A program made the translations under genes and the position numbers. Shown here in pieces: positions 34,801 through 47,019 of a stretch of 64,000 nucleotides of DNA. The notes beneath the pieces were generated by a model that searched no databases, was not told the origin of the DNA, and worked only from the letters and a program-made list of their open reading frames with translations. The stretch lies in the NCBI GenBank assembly GCA_002104945.1, contig MCFH01000058.1, positions 62,001 through 126,000 of the forward strand, read 5' to 3'. The DNA is from Piromyces finnis finn. Lineage: Eukaryota; Fungi; Neocallimastigomycota. The number at the start of each line of letters is the position of its first letter. Positions within the stretch are counted from its first letter, which is position 1.

Positions 34801-35727
34801 GACGTAAATAAAGTCGTTAAAACATGTTTAGAATGTCAATGCTACCGTCCAAAACCCATTCCTAAAAGCCTGTCTAATATTTCAAGTCCTGTTGAAAGAC
34901 CCTTCGTTAGAGTTGGTTTGGATATAGTTGGACCACTACCATTAACAGATAGAAGTAATTTATATATCATTGTTTTAGTAGACTATACTACTAAATGGGT
35001 TGAAGCCGCTCCCTTAAAGAGAATCGAAAGTCAAGACGTTATTTATTTCTTAAAAGACGTCTTTGCAAGACATGGTGTCCCAGAAATAATTGTCACTGAT
35101 AATGGAAGTCAGTTCACTTCGGATATAACAAAAACAATGATAGACTTATATGGTTCCTGGGTTCAATTCGTTGCACCACATCACCCTGAAGCTAATGGAC
35201 AAGTTGAAAACAGAAATAGAGAAATAATAAAAATACTTCGACATTTATGTAAAAATCAAGAAAATTGGGACGAAATACTTCCGGCAACTTTATGGGCTCT
35301 GCGTACGTCTCGTTCGAAAGTTACAGGGTTTAGTAGTTTCGAACTCTTATATGGAAGAAAAGACTTATGGCCTCTTAGCGTATTGCTACCAGATATTCCA
35401 AAAGAAAAGGATGAGTCTGACGAAGAATACAATTTCAGACGTTTTGTCAGACACCAAAATTGGGTACAAGAAGCTACTGAAAATATCAAGCAAGCTCACG
35501 ACTATTGGCTTCAAAGAAATGAAACAGCAAAGTCTATGCAACACCGGTACAAGCCAGATGATCTAATGTTGTTAAGATATATAGGTAGAAAAAAATTAGA
35601 TCCATTTTTTTTAGGACCATTTAAAGTGAAGAAAGTATCAAAATTCAACACTTTAGTTTTAGAAACACTGGACACATAAGATATTAGAACGTAATGTCCA
35701 TATTAAAAATGTGAAGCCCTATTTGTC
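31800..35727 (+). pseudogene. pol: D pol (PR-RT-RH-IN), inactivated
   Basis: In-frame TAA at 32376-78, a deletion at ~33705 removing the RT MPFGL..AP..FQ segment, and a frameshift at ~35670. Confidence 0.9.
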
Positions 35728-36676
35728 CTCTCTATAAAATCATATAAAAAAATGGCGATTATTATATAAATTTTAAGAAAAACACATATTAATATATTGA
35801 AGACGAATTTTATCTCACCTATTTTATTTTTTTTACTTTTTTTTTGAAAAAAAAAATTTATTAATAAAAATTTTCAAATTTTTCATTATTTTTTTATAAA
35901 CCTTATTTTATATTATTTTTTTAATTTATATAAAAAAAAATTTAAATTTTTAAATATTTAGTATAAAAATATCAAAAACTTATATGTTTATTATTATTTA
36001 TGAATACTTTTATCAGCTACCACTAAGTCGTATCTTAGGGGAGGTAATCTTGATAAATAATAATTATAAATATATTATACATTTGATATTAGTAGAAAAT
36101 TTTATTATAAAATAATTATTAAATAATTTTATATAGTTTATTATAAAAATATAATTTACATAAAATCAAATATTTTATAAATTTATATATTTGATTGGGT
36201 TAAATTATAAAAATAATTTTTAATATAAAGAATAATAATTTTTTTTTAGTACAAAATAAGAAGACTTAGATTATTAGTAATAAGTTAAATTTTAATAATA
36301 GTTGATATAATTAATTAGTTAATACATAATAATATTTAAAAGACAAAAATAATTTTTTATATAATAAAAATTATTGTTAAAAAGAGTGTAAAAACAATAA
36401 ATAAAAGAAAATATAAAAACGAAATTAAACTTGTCTAATTTGTAATTATTGTGTTAATAATAAATAATATTTTATAGAATAAATCTGGTGTTATTATTCT
36501 ATATAAATATTATTAAAAATAATAAAACTATTAAAACTATAAAGTAACTTAAAATAAATTAATAAAACTAGTAGATATTGTTAAAGCTCGTACAATAGCT
36601 GTCGAGATAAAACAATATAAGATAACAGAAGAAGTAGTTAAAAAGTTGTAATATAACTACCAATCCGTTATCATTG

Positions 36677-37105
36677 TGATACAATAGAAAAATATTATCT
36701 TAATTCTATAAATGAATATAGAAAGTGATAATATTTGTATCTAAAAAAAATAAGAAAATAAAATAAATGATTTTTATACTTGTTCATTTTGCAAGTGTTA
36801 GTTAGTTTTATAGAATAAAATTTATTTTATTTAATTATAAAATTATATCATTATTTAATAACTCTAGTATTATTAAATAAAAAAAATGTATGTTTTGTAT
36901 TCTAATTTTCAGGGATTATTAGTAACCCTTTTAAAAATAAGTTTTATTATAAAATCATTTTTGAATTTAATATTTAAAAGTATATATCTAATTTTTCGCT
37001 TTGGATTATTAGGAACATCTTTTAAAATAAAGTAATTCTATCACTATTTATACAAAATTATTATTTTAAAGTATAATTATAAACAAATATAAACTATTTA
37101 ATTTA

Positions 37106-37136
<31 letters not shown>

Positions 37137-37210
37137 TTTACATTTATAATTTTTAATTTAATAATTTTATATATGTTAATTATTTTAATTTTTAACTATC
37201 TGTGTTTTAA

Positions 37211-37247
<37 letters not shown>

Positions 37248-37279
37248 AATTCATAATTTATAAATTTAATTATTTATCA
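36677..37279 (+). repeat. L-family solo LTR L2, TSD TTTG
   Basis: TGATAC...TTTATCA. TTTG at 30191-94 (displaced leftward by D) and at 37280-83. Confidence 0.85.
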
Positions 37280-37297
37280 TTTGTTTGTGTAAGAAAT

Positions 37298-39081
37298 TGT
37301 AAAATATTTAATTTAAATCTAACCTTTAAATTATGTGAAGATATTAACTGGATTTAAAACAAATTCAGATAATATCTATAATTAATTAAACATAATAATT
37401 AGAATTAAAGAATTTCAATGATTATTTTAAAACACCTTTAAAAGTCACCTTTTAAATTTTGATTTAGTGAAAGGGTTATGATTTCAAAAATTTAATATCA
37501 ATACACTATAACCCTTAGCCAAAAATAAACAAACACGAAACAAGTGCTACGGCTGTGAAACCAGGTTTATTAGAAAGCTTAAGGAAAAAGCTATATTTTG
37601 GTACAATCGCGGTCCTTCTAACTGGTCATTTAAGGAAGATATGATCATTTGAAGATTTTAATAAGTAAATTAAAATTAATATGATATCAAGTATGGATCA
37701 TAGACATTTCTTATGACTTGACGAAAATTAAAAAGATATCAATAGAAATTTTAATTATATTAATTTAATTAATGATAGTGACTGTTACTAAAAATAGAAC
37801 TAAACCATTTAGGTGTAACAGTTAACATTTATAAATTAAATAATTTTAATTATTATAAAATAGGTTAATGGATCAAGTGTTTAAATGATTAATCATATGT
37901 TTATTTTATTTTATGTCATGACAAAACAAACAAACAAACAAACAATCTTATTATATTATTAACATATTACATGTAATACTTTATTTTTATCAATTTAATA
38001 ATCTGAACAAAGAATATAAAATAGAATGAATTGAATTCGATTTTAATTCTTTGTAAAGATTATAGTTATAATCTTAATTATATAGTTATTAAATATATCA
38101 TTTATATTATTATTACTAAATAAATAAAATTTTATAAAAAAGTTATTCTAAAGAATAAATATTAATTTTTCATTTGGAAGTTTAAAGGGTTATTTTATAT
38201 TTAAATTTAATTTCTTAAAAAACATATTTACTATATAATTGATAACATTCTGACCTGGCCGCATAACCAAATCCAAAAACTTAACAAATTAAATTATTGA
38301 ATTGTTTGTGCTACTCTAATGTTTAAACAAAACAAACAAATAAGATAACAACAGAAACACTTCTAATTTAATTCTTAATAATCTTTTATTTAACTTTATT
38401 CCTTTAATTTATGACAACTGACGATTACTTTACCGCGAAGGTTATTTGACCAGAGCCTTCGCTAGGTAATCGGTTTTTTAAATAAAATAAAATTAAAAAA
38501 ATGTTTTATTATAACTTTATTAATAATATAATATTATTAATACTAATTAATTAATTATCAATAATTACTATTTTCCAACTATCGTTTCAATAGTTGCAAA
38601 ATTCTCTTTATTTATACTTTTTAAATAAATTGAATTAATTCTAATATACATGTTTTAATATTATAATTTTACATTGTTTACATTTATACATTTATTAAAA
38701 GAAATTATTTGTATTAAACTATTTAAATTCAATTTATTTAATAAAGAATTTTCTAAACTTAAAATAAAGTTTTGATTTATTTACTATATGGTTGATTATA
38801 TTTCAAACATATATTTAATTTATTTATTTCTAATTTTGAGGCTTAGTTTATAAAAAAATTTTTTTATTATCTAAAATATTTATTGGTTAAAAATTATTTA
38901 ATTTAAAATTTTATTTTATCATCAAAAACTTTATCTTATCAATAAGTTAAATTTTACATAAATTTATGTTAATGTATTGTGATGTAAATTTTTGTAAAAT
39001 TTACGGTACATTAATTCAATACATGATACATTAATATACATACGTATTAAATACATTATTTAACTAATGCAATATTTTACA
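37298..39081 (-). repeat. Diverged F-family solo LTR F2, TSD GAAAT, containing R1
   Basis: TGTAAAATATT/AATATTTTACA termini; 38292-39081 is a reverse homolog of the F LTR; GAAAT on both sides. Confidence 0.82.
37334..38286 (+). repeat. R-family solo LTR R1 (953 bp; orientation arbitrary), TSD AATTA
   Basis: TGTGAAG...CTTAACA; AATTA on both sides; 3' end repeated at 45446-45578. Confidence 0.75.
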
Positions 39082-39714
39082 GAAATAATAATTATTTCAA
39101 TCTAAATAATTAATATTTCTTATTAGTTTAATAATTTAGTTAATAATATTTTATACACTTAAATTATTTATTTAATTTATTTAGTTAAATAAAATGTATA
39201 CATTCAGATACTTTATTTAATTTATTTAGTTAAATATATTTCATATATTTATATAATTTATTTAATTTATTTAATTAAATAATAATTTGTTCATTTGATT
39301 TTTAAATAATATTTATATACAAGAATCCGTAATTTTACCCTTTAATTATATATTACTAATTAATTTACCTGTTATATCTAAACACGGATTTACTTTAGGA
39401 AATCGGTATTTTAAGGTTTTTCCGATTATTATTACAAATAATTGGTTTTACTTAAAATTTACACGATGACCAATATGATTAGAATATTGATTGAAAACTT
39501 GTTTAAGTTTTTCTTCTAGTCTTTTCCTAAACATTTTATTTGTTAAGATTAGAACTCATTTATTTAACCTTATTTTTTAATAAAAATATAAATAAACACT
39601 TTTGAAATTCTTCAGAATTCAAGAGTTATTATTATAAGAAAAATTAATTATAATAAATAACAAATAATTTTATTTAATAAAAATTAATTAATAAAAAATC
39701 ATATTATTAATAAA

Positions 39715-39782
39715 TTTTAGATACAAATATTATCACTTTCTATATTCATTTATAGAATTAAGATAATATCCTCTTTGTATCA
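39715..39782 (-). repeat. L-family LTR fragment (5' tip)
   Basis: Reverse complement of TGATACAAAGAGGATATTATCTTAATTCTATAAATG... Confidence 0.8.
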
Positions 39783-39787
39783 AATTT

Positions 39788-40863
39788 TGATACGCTACTC
39801 ACATAAAAATATAATAAAAACTAACTGAATAAACACGACTTAACCCATAGTAACTTATAATAAAAATAAACGATAATAACCCTTAAAAATGAATGAATAA
39901 TAATTTTATGAAAATATAACCCTTTCTTTAAATAAATAATATTATCTTTATTATATAATAAATTCTGAGTAAAAACGACCTAATAGTGATAATAATAAAA
40001 TAAATTATTAAATAAAATAAATTATTAAATAAAATAAAACAACTTAATCCAATAATGTAATAAAATAATAAAATAATAATAAATAAATAAAAATGAATAA
40101 ATAAACTAAAAATAAAATGGTATACATCAAATTATTAATTCTAGTGTTTATCCAAGTGTTCTTTAGAAATTCTCTTAAACTTATAAATTAATAAATAACT
40201 AATTGAGTAATTATTATTAAAATGACAAACTTAAAACCTGGAAATAGAACAATAATAACAATTCTAAAGATAAAATACAGAGCTCTTTTATGTTTCTGTA
40301 TAAAATGAGTGTTTATAATAATTGATACTTTTAATATTTTAATTTTGTTTTAATTTTATTTTAATATTATTTTAATTTTTAAATTTTAATTATTTTATTC
40401 AAGGTATTATACATTTAATGATAGTCAATGATAATTTATAATAATTTTTCTAAATTTGAAGTAATAAAAAAATCAAATAAGTAATATTCTATAATATTTT
40501 ATAATACTAAGACATAATTTTAATTTATTCTTTTAATTTTAATAAATAATAACAATAGTAATAATAATATTTAATAGTTAAAAATAATAATACATGTAAT
40601 AAATGAAAATGTATAAAAGGAAGATAAAATTCTTCTTTATAAAAGGGCGGACAATAAATAGATAATAAATAAATTATAAGATATAATAAAGATTTAATTT
40701 AAAACATAATAAGAGTTTATTTTCGAGTTTTGAGTGATTTTATTTGTTAATTATAAAACATATTTTTATTTTATTTTAAATTTATTGTTTCATCATAATA
40801 ATATAGAATTTATTATTTATTAAAAACATTATATTATTCAAAAATATATCGGTCAACGCATCA
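39788..40863. repeat. S: possible single-copy LTR
   Basis: TGATACG...CGCATCA imperfect inverted termini; no matching TSD and no second copy in the window. Confidence 0.35.
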
Positions 40864-41676
40864 TGTTGATAAATAATGAAATTAATAAATATAAAATTAT
40901 TATTAAACCTGATTTTTAAGTTAACCCTAAAAGTAACTTAAAATAAGTTATAGTTTAATTAAGTACTTTACCAAAATTCTAAAATGAAATTAATCCTAAA
41001 CACTGCATATGTTTTGATTATTGAAAGAAAATAATAAACTTTAATTAATCGAGATCAAAATATATAACTTTTGTTAAATTAATTGTTAAATTAAATGTTT
41101 AATAACTTCGTTAGTAAATTACACTTTAAAAGTAAACAAATATAATAATTCATGTTATAAATATAATTAAACACCTTTATTAAAACATTAATAATAATTA
41201 TTACTTTAATTAATTGTAAAATAAACAACTTTTTATATTCTTTAACTTTTAATTATTTCTTTTATTGTTATTTCTAATTACTTTTATTATTTTTATTGTA
41301 AATAGTTATTAATTTTATTGTTTTAATGTAAATAGTTTAAATTTAAAAGAAAATATAAATACATGTAAATATTCTTATTTTAATCATTATTATTATTATT
41401 AATAAAGAAATATTATATAGTTAGATTAATATTTTATAATTTTAATAATCACTTTTATACTTAAATAAATAAAAATTTTAAATATTTAAATATTAGAAAA
41501 ACGAGTATTTCTAATAAAACAATTTAGTGTTTTTAATAAAACAACTTTATTAATTTTTACAAAAACAATTTTAATTTCTAATCCATATAACTTATATAGT
41601 TATACTCAAAGATATAATATAATAATCACTTTTTGAAGTAAAATTCAAAATTAATATTATTATCAAATTATATCAA

Positions 41677-41691
41677 TGGTCCTTCGAACCG
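41677..41691 (+). promoter_or_regulatory. B primer binding site, tRNA-Tyr type
   Basis: TGGTCCTTCGAACCG, 1 nt after the LTR, complements the ..CGG(C/T)TCGAAGGACCA end of metazoan-type tRNA-Tyr. The host tRNA was not checked. Confidence 0.75.
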
Positions 41692-42202
41692 AAGAATCAA
41701 AATAAGGTAAATATATAAAATTTTCTTTATATAAAAATTTCATATAGAATAGTAAAATATTCTCAATATTTTATCTATTTAGAAATTATAACTTATTAAA
41801 TAATAAAATAATATTAAAATAATAAATCAATATTCAATATTGAAATATTATTTAAATATTATTAAATCAATATTAAAATAAAATAAATAAATTATAATAC
41901 TTAATAGTATAGTATTAATATAGTAAATTGATATATAAACATTATATATTAGATAAAATATATAGATATTTTAAATAAGAAAAGAATTAAAAGAAAAAAA
42001 ATAGTATAGAAAAATTATTAGATAAATAGATTGATAATATTATAAATAAGATAGTTGAAAGAATTAATTATAATAATAAAATAGGTATATATACATTAGA
42101 TATATATACATAAAAATAAATATATAATAAAAATAAATCAAAATAATAATAAATAAAGATTTAAGTATATATATAAAAAATATATATACACCAAACAAAC
42201 CA

Positions 42203-42233
<31 letters not shown>

Positions 42234-43575
42234 ATAAAACTTTATAAATAAAAATACTTGTAAAAATATACTAGGAGCGTATAGAGCTCATATACAGAGT
42301 TTCAGTGTATAATTAACTAGTTTCAGTTGGTTAGAAACTATAGCTGTTAATCACTGAAGTATTTGTAAAAGTAGGACGAGTGTGAATAGCACGCTTACTT
42401 GGGGGAAGGGATTGTTAGTGTGATAAAAAGCACGCAATACAGGACTCTCAAGTTGAATACTTTTGTGAACTCTGGCGAATAAGGAACTTTAGTCACCGAA
42501 GGCTAAAGGTTTGTCGTGAAGGTAAAGCGACATAAAAATATATAGTTTAAATTTATTTTGAGGTCTAGTATATCACCTCTAGTTAGTAGCTTTTGCCGGT
42601 TAATTAAATTGTTGTAAGGCACTAAAAAGCGAAAAATAAATCCTGTAAATAAAGTTTTATATTTAATTATTTTTTTTAAAAGAAAAAGAAATACATAAAT
42701 TATAATTATAAATTAATAATTATAATTTATAAATTAAAGATAAAAATCATTTAATAAAAATTATAAAATATAATCATCGGTCAAATAAAATTAAAAGTAT
42801 TGTTATAAATTTTAAATAATAAAAGCAATAATATTGAGTTGTCTTTTTAGTTAATTTTCAGCGAAAAATAACTTTTGTTTATCTTTTCGGTTAATTAATT
42901 ACTAAGATAATTAAAGTGTTTTATAGTAAGTTAGTAAGAGTGCAGTTTTATCACATATCGTGGGGGAGTAGAGCGCTAACTAATAAGTAAATATTACACC
43001 ACTTAATATTTATGACGGTTAGTTAGTGGAGGTCGAAAGGCACGGTGACGAAACTGTCGGGTACTCTGAAGGTACTATAATAACATAATCAATATTATTT
43101 TCTGCCTTATAATAAAGAAATAAAAATAAACATCCTACTCTAAATTAAATATTTTTTTTTATAACAATACTAATATATAAATAACTTGATATAAATAAAA
43201 TATATTCTTAACATTTTCTCAAAAATAAAATCTTCTTAATTACAATAAAACTAAAACAAGTGTCTACAAGTGTTTACAAATAACAACCAATTACTCCTTT
43301 TATATTACATTATATAGACGTTATATAAGATTATATTTTATTAATAAAAGTATAATAAATAAAATACCTGTAAATAAAATTATATTATTGTAAATAAAGA
43401 CTATTGTAAATAAAAACATATATTACTGTACTTATAACTAAATTATTGTAAATAAAGATTGTTGTAAATAAAAACATATTATTGTTCTTATAACTAAATT
43501 AGAGAATAAATAAAAATTGAACTTTTAAATAGAATATTAAAATAAAATTAAATAAAATAAAAATAAAAAGTAATA

Positions 43576-44544
43576 ATGGATAATACTACTAAAGGTATTA
43601 CCTTTAATAGAATACCTATTTTGGGTTCAACAAAGGTTGAATTTGATGATTGGGAATTTTCTTTCAAACATTGGTGTAATTTATATAAAGTACCAGAACA
43701 AGAAAAGTTAGAATACCTTATATCATTAACTACGGGTACAGCTAGAACAATTGTAGTTAATGCATTAAATAAAGAAACACTAGATGATTATTATACCATC
43801 ATCAAAAACCTTAAAAGTCATTTTAAAGGTTCCATACCAAAGAATTCAAGACTATTAGAATTATCTACTATTACGATAAAGAAAAATGAAAGTGTATCTG
43901 ATTCCAATATTAAATTTGACTCTTTAATAAATAAAACAAACTTAAAAATGTCAAATGAAATCATATTGTCCTACTATATTAATGCTTTTAGAAACCTTAC
44001 TAAAACTTACGAAGCACTTTTAGAAGCTGAACCAAAAAGTTTAGAAGAAGCCAGAAACATTACTATTAAGAAAGAAAAAATTTTCAATATAGTTGAAGAA
44101 AATAGACCAAAAATAAGAACTTCCATTAATTCTAGAAGGTCTCCAAATGATAATAATGCTCAAAGAAATAATGATAGAGCATATTCAAATAATTTTAATA
44201 GTTATAACCGAATGAATAACAATAACACTACTCAAAATGGTTTCAAAAATTATAATAATAGAAATTATACTAATAACTATAGAAATAATAATTATAATAG
44301 TAATATTCAAAGTAATAACTACAATAATGATAACAATAATTATTCAAGATTTAATAATATTAATCAAAATGTTGAGCAAAGAAGAAGTACCTTAAAATAC
44401 CCACAAAATAATGATGATGAGTTAAAAGAAATAACTCAAAAGCTTGCTGACCTAAAAATTAATGTTTGTTTAAATTGTAAAAGAATGGGTCATACTACGA
44501 ATGACTGTCCAGAATTAGATGACCAATACAATCATTTAAACTAA
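43576..44544 (+). CDS. gag: B2 Gag
   Basis: 322 aa, nearly identical to B1 Gag; same TTTAAAC plus stem at 44535-44569. Confidence 0.9.
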   Translation: MDNTTKGITFNRIPILGSTKVEFDDWEFSFKHWCNLYKVPEQEKLEYLISLTTGTARTIVVNALNKETLDDYYTIIKNLKSHFKGSIPKNSRLLELSTITIKKNESVSDSNIKFDSLINKTNLKMSNEIILSYYINAFRNLTKTYEALLEAEPKSLEEARNITIKKEKIFNIVEENRPKIRTSINSRRSPNDNNAQRNNDRAYSNNFNSYNRMNNNNTTQNGFKNYNNRNYTNNYRNNNYNSNIQSNNYNNDNNNYSRFNNINQNVEQRRSTLKYPQNNDDELKEITQKLADLKINVCLNCKRMGHTTNDCPELDDQYNHLN

Positions 44545-45458
44545 ATAATGGGAGTAAGCAATCTCCCATAAAAACTAAAATTACAAATAGTTCACAAAAT
44601 ACACAAGAAGCACAAATAAATTCTAATATCTCTAATGAAAATAATTATTCTATTAATGCGGCTCAAAAGAAAAAAATAAATGTTAAAACATTAGATAAAA
44701 ATAAAATATCACCAAATAATAAAAGTATTGTCAAACCTTCAATACTTAACCAACCTAACATTAGGAATTTAAAACAACAAAAGAAGGCTATTAGAGATAC
44801 TCGTAGAAGAAAAATTAGTGAAGATAAAGATGAAGTTATGGAAGAAATCCCAAATGAAGAAATAGAAATAGAAAGTGAAGAAGAACAAAATAATACAAAT
44901 GAAATACCTTTAGAAGAAGTTACTAATACAAAAGAACATATCCAACCTATTGAAATTAATAACTCTAATGTTTCTACCAATGAAGAAACTTTTAAAAATA
45001 ATAATGAAACAAATGATGTAAAAGTAAAGAAAAATTCTGTCAAACCCAAAGTAACTACAAAAAGAAATATGACAGAAATACAAATGTTAAAAACCAAAGA
45101 TAAATTTAGTATAATTAAAGAAGCAAATAATTTATATCCAAAAATAAGTCTTTCCCAATTACTTTCTGCTAGTCCATCACTCAGAAAAGAATTAGAACAA
45201 GGTTGTAAACCTAAAGTTGAAAAAGTGATGTACTCCTTTAATAACTCTAATATTCCATTAATAATTGGTTATATAGATGGAAAATATTTAAAAATTCTTT
45301 ACGATACTGGCGCAAATGTCAATATCATTACTACAAATGGTTTTAATAAACTATCAAATAAAAATATTGAAAAAAGTGATGAGGAACAAAATATAACTAT
45401 TGCTAATGGTACTACTGTTCCTACAAATGTTTTTACTACTTTAAAAATAAATATTAAT
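44535..45458 (+). pseudogene. pol: B2 pol fragment (protease only)
   Basis: YDTGAN motif; homology to B1 stops at 45458. The ORF tail to 45593 is read-through into R sequence. Confidence 0.88.
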
Positions 45459-45578
45459 TTTTCATTTGGAAGTTTAAAGTGCTATTTTATATTTAAATTT
45501 AATTTCTTAAAAAACATTTTTTACTATATAATTAAAACATTCTTACCTGGCCGCATAACCAAACCCCAAAACTTAACA
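45446..45578 (+). repeat. R-family LTR 3' remnant R2
   Basis: Matches 38154-38286. Confidence 0.85.
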
Positions 45579-46329
45579 TTAATACGTATTTAAAATAATG
45601 TATAATGTATTAAATTAATGTACCGTAAATTTTACAAATATTTACATCACAATACATTAACATAAATTTATGTAAAATTTAACTTATTGATAAGATAAAG
45701 TTTTTAATGATAAAATAAAATTTTAAATTAAATAATTTTTAACCAATAAATATTTTAAATAATAAAATTTTTTTTCATAAACTAAGCCTCAAAATTAGAA
45801 ATAAATAAATTAAATATATGTTTGAAATATAATCAACCATATAGTAAATAAATATAAACTTTATTTTAAGTTTAGAAAATTCTTTAGTAAATAAATTGAA
45901 TTTAAATAGTTTAATACAAATAATTTCTTTTAATAAATGTATAAATGTAAACAATGTAAAATTATAATATTAAAACATGTATATTAGAATTTATTCAATT
46001 TATTTAAAAAGTATAAATAAAGAAAATTTTTCAACTATTGAAACGATAGTTGGAAAATCGTATAGGTTAATTTTGTTTAGATAAATTAACATTAGTTTAT
46101 AATTAGTTTATAGTTTAGATTAATAATTTTAGTTTTAAATAAATATAAATTGATTACCTAGTGAGGGCTCTGGTAAAATATCCTTCACGGTAAAGTAATC
46201 AACGGTTGTTTTAGTTTAGTTATTTTAAAATAATTTAATAAATAAAATATAAAAAATTAAAAATAATTTAAAGTGTAGTTTAGAATATTGAGTGTATACA
46301 AACCTGAACTTAGTTTAGAATATTTTACA

Positions 46330-46340
46330 ATTTTCCAACT
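46330..46340 (+). promoter_or_regulatory. F self-priming PBS
   Basis: ATTTTCCAACT is an 11/11 complement of AGTTGGAAAAT (46048-58), which lies 36 nt after TATAAATA. Confidence 0.82.
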
Positions 46341-46726
46341 TATTAGAATAGGAAGTTCACCTTTGTATACGAATAGTAATAGAAAATAATATTATAAAAA
46401 AAAAAAAAAATTTTTTTTGTTAGAAATTAATTTTAGTTAATTTCGGGGTATTTTATAATTATTTGGTATAGAATAATTTGTTGCTAAAATAGTTTAATAG
46501 TTAATAATCAATAAATAGTAATAATAAAAATATATTAGTTTGGTTAATAACTAGTTGTTAGTTTAGTAGTAGTAAATAATAAAAAGGTTAGTATAGTATA
46601 ATAATAAGGTTGTTAAATTATTTATTTAATATAAGAATAAAATAATTAGGAATAGTCAAGTTGAATAGTATAAATAATTGGGATATTAAATATTGGTTGA
46701 CTATTTGTTGTTTATTAAGTAGTAAT

Positions 46727-46999
46727 ATGAATACTAGATATAGAATGTTAGACAACCGTGACGATGGAATAGCTGGAGTCAGTGACGCAGGCTCTGAGGC
46801 GAGTTCCATGATGGATATTGAGGATGAGATTGGTAAAAGCGTTAACACCAGGGGAAAACTCATCCCAAAACCTCCAAGATTTTCGGGAAAAAGAAGTGAA
46901 CTTCTTTACTTCCTGGCAAGATTGGAGAAATACTTTAAATATAACTTGGAAGAAGATGCTACCTGGAAGGAACCGCCGCCGAATGGTTTGCCGACTTAG
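46727..46999 (+). pseudogene. gag: F gag N-terminus, frameshifted by a small deletion near 46960
   Basis: PKPPRFSGKRSEL gag motif; the continuation LEGTAAEWF... is in the frame of the 47020 ORF. Confidence 0.75.
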
Positions 47000-47019
47000 A
47001 AAGAGAAGAAAGCCCCCTG

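Larger units (their letters stand above)
30196..36673 (+). mobile_element. Element D: complete non-chromodomain Ty3/Gypsy, 623-bp LTRs, TSD TTGT
   Basis: LTRs at 30196-30818 and 36051-36673 with a handful of differences. TTGT at 30192-95 and 36674-77. PPT AGGGGAGG at 36037-44. Confidence 0.95.
37288..39712 (-). repeat. K-family LTR K3, interrupted by F2 and truncated
   Basis: TGTAAGAAAT (37288-97) continues at 39082; K core motifs appear in reverse at ~39390-39640. Confidence 0.7.
40867..45458 (+). mobile_element. Element B2, 3'-truncated in the protease region
   Basis: 5' LTR 40867-41675, PBS, 1.9-kb leader, gag and start of pol. Confidence 0.93.
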
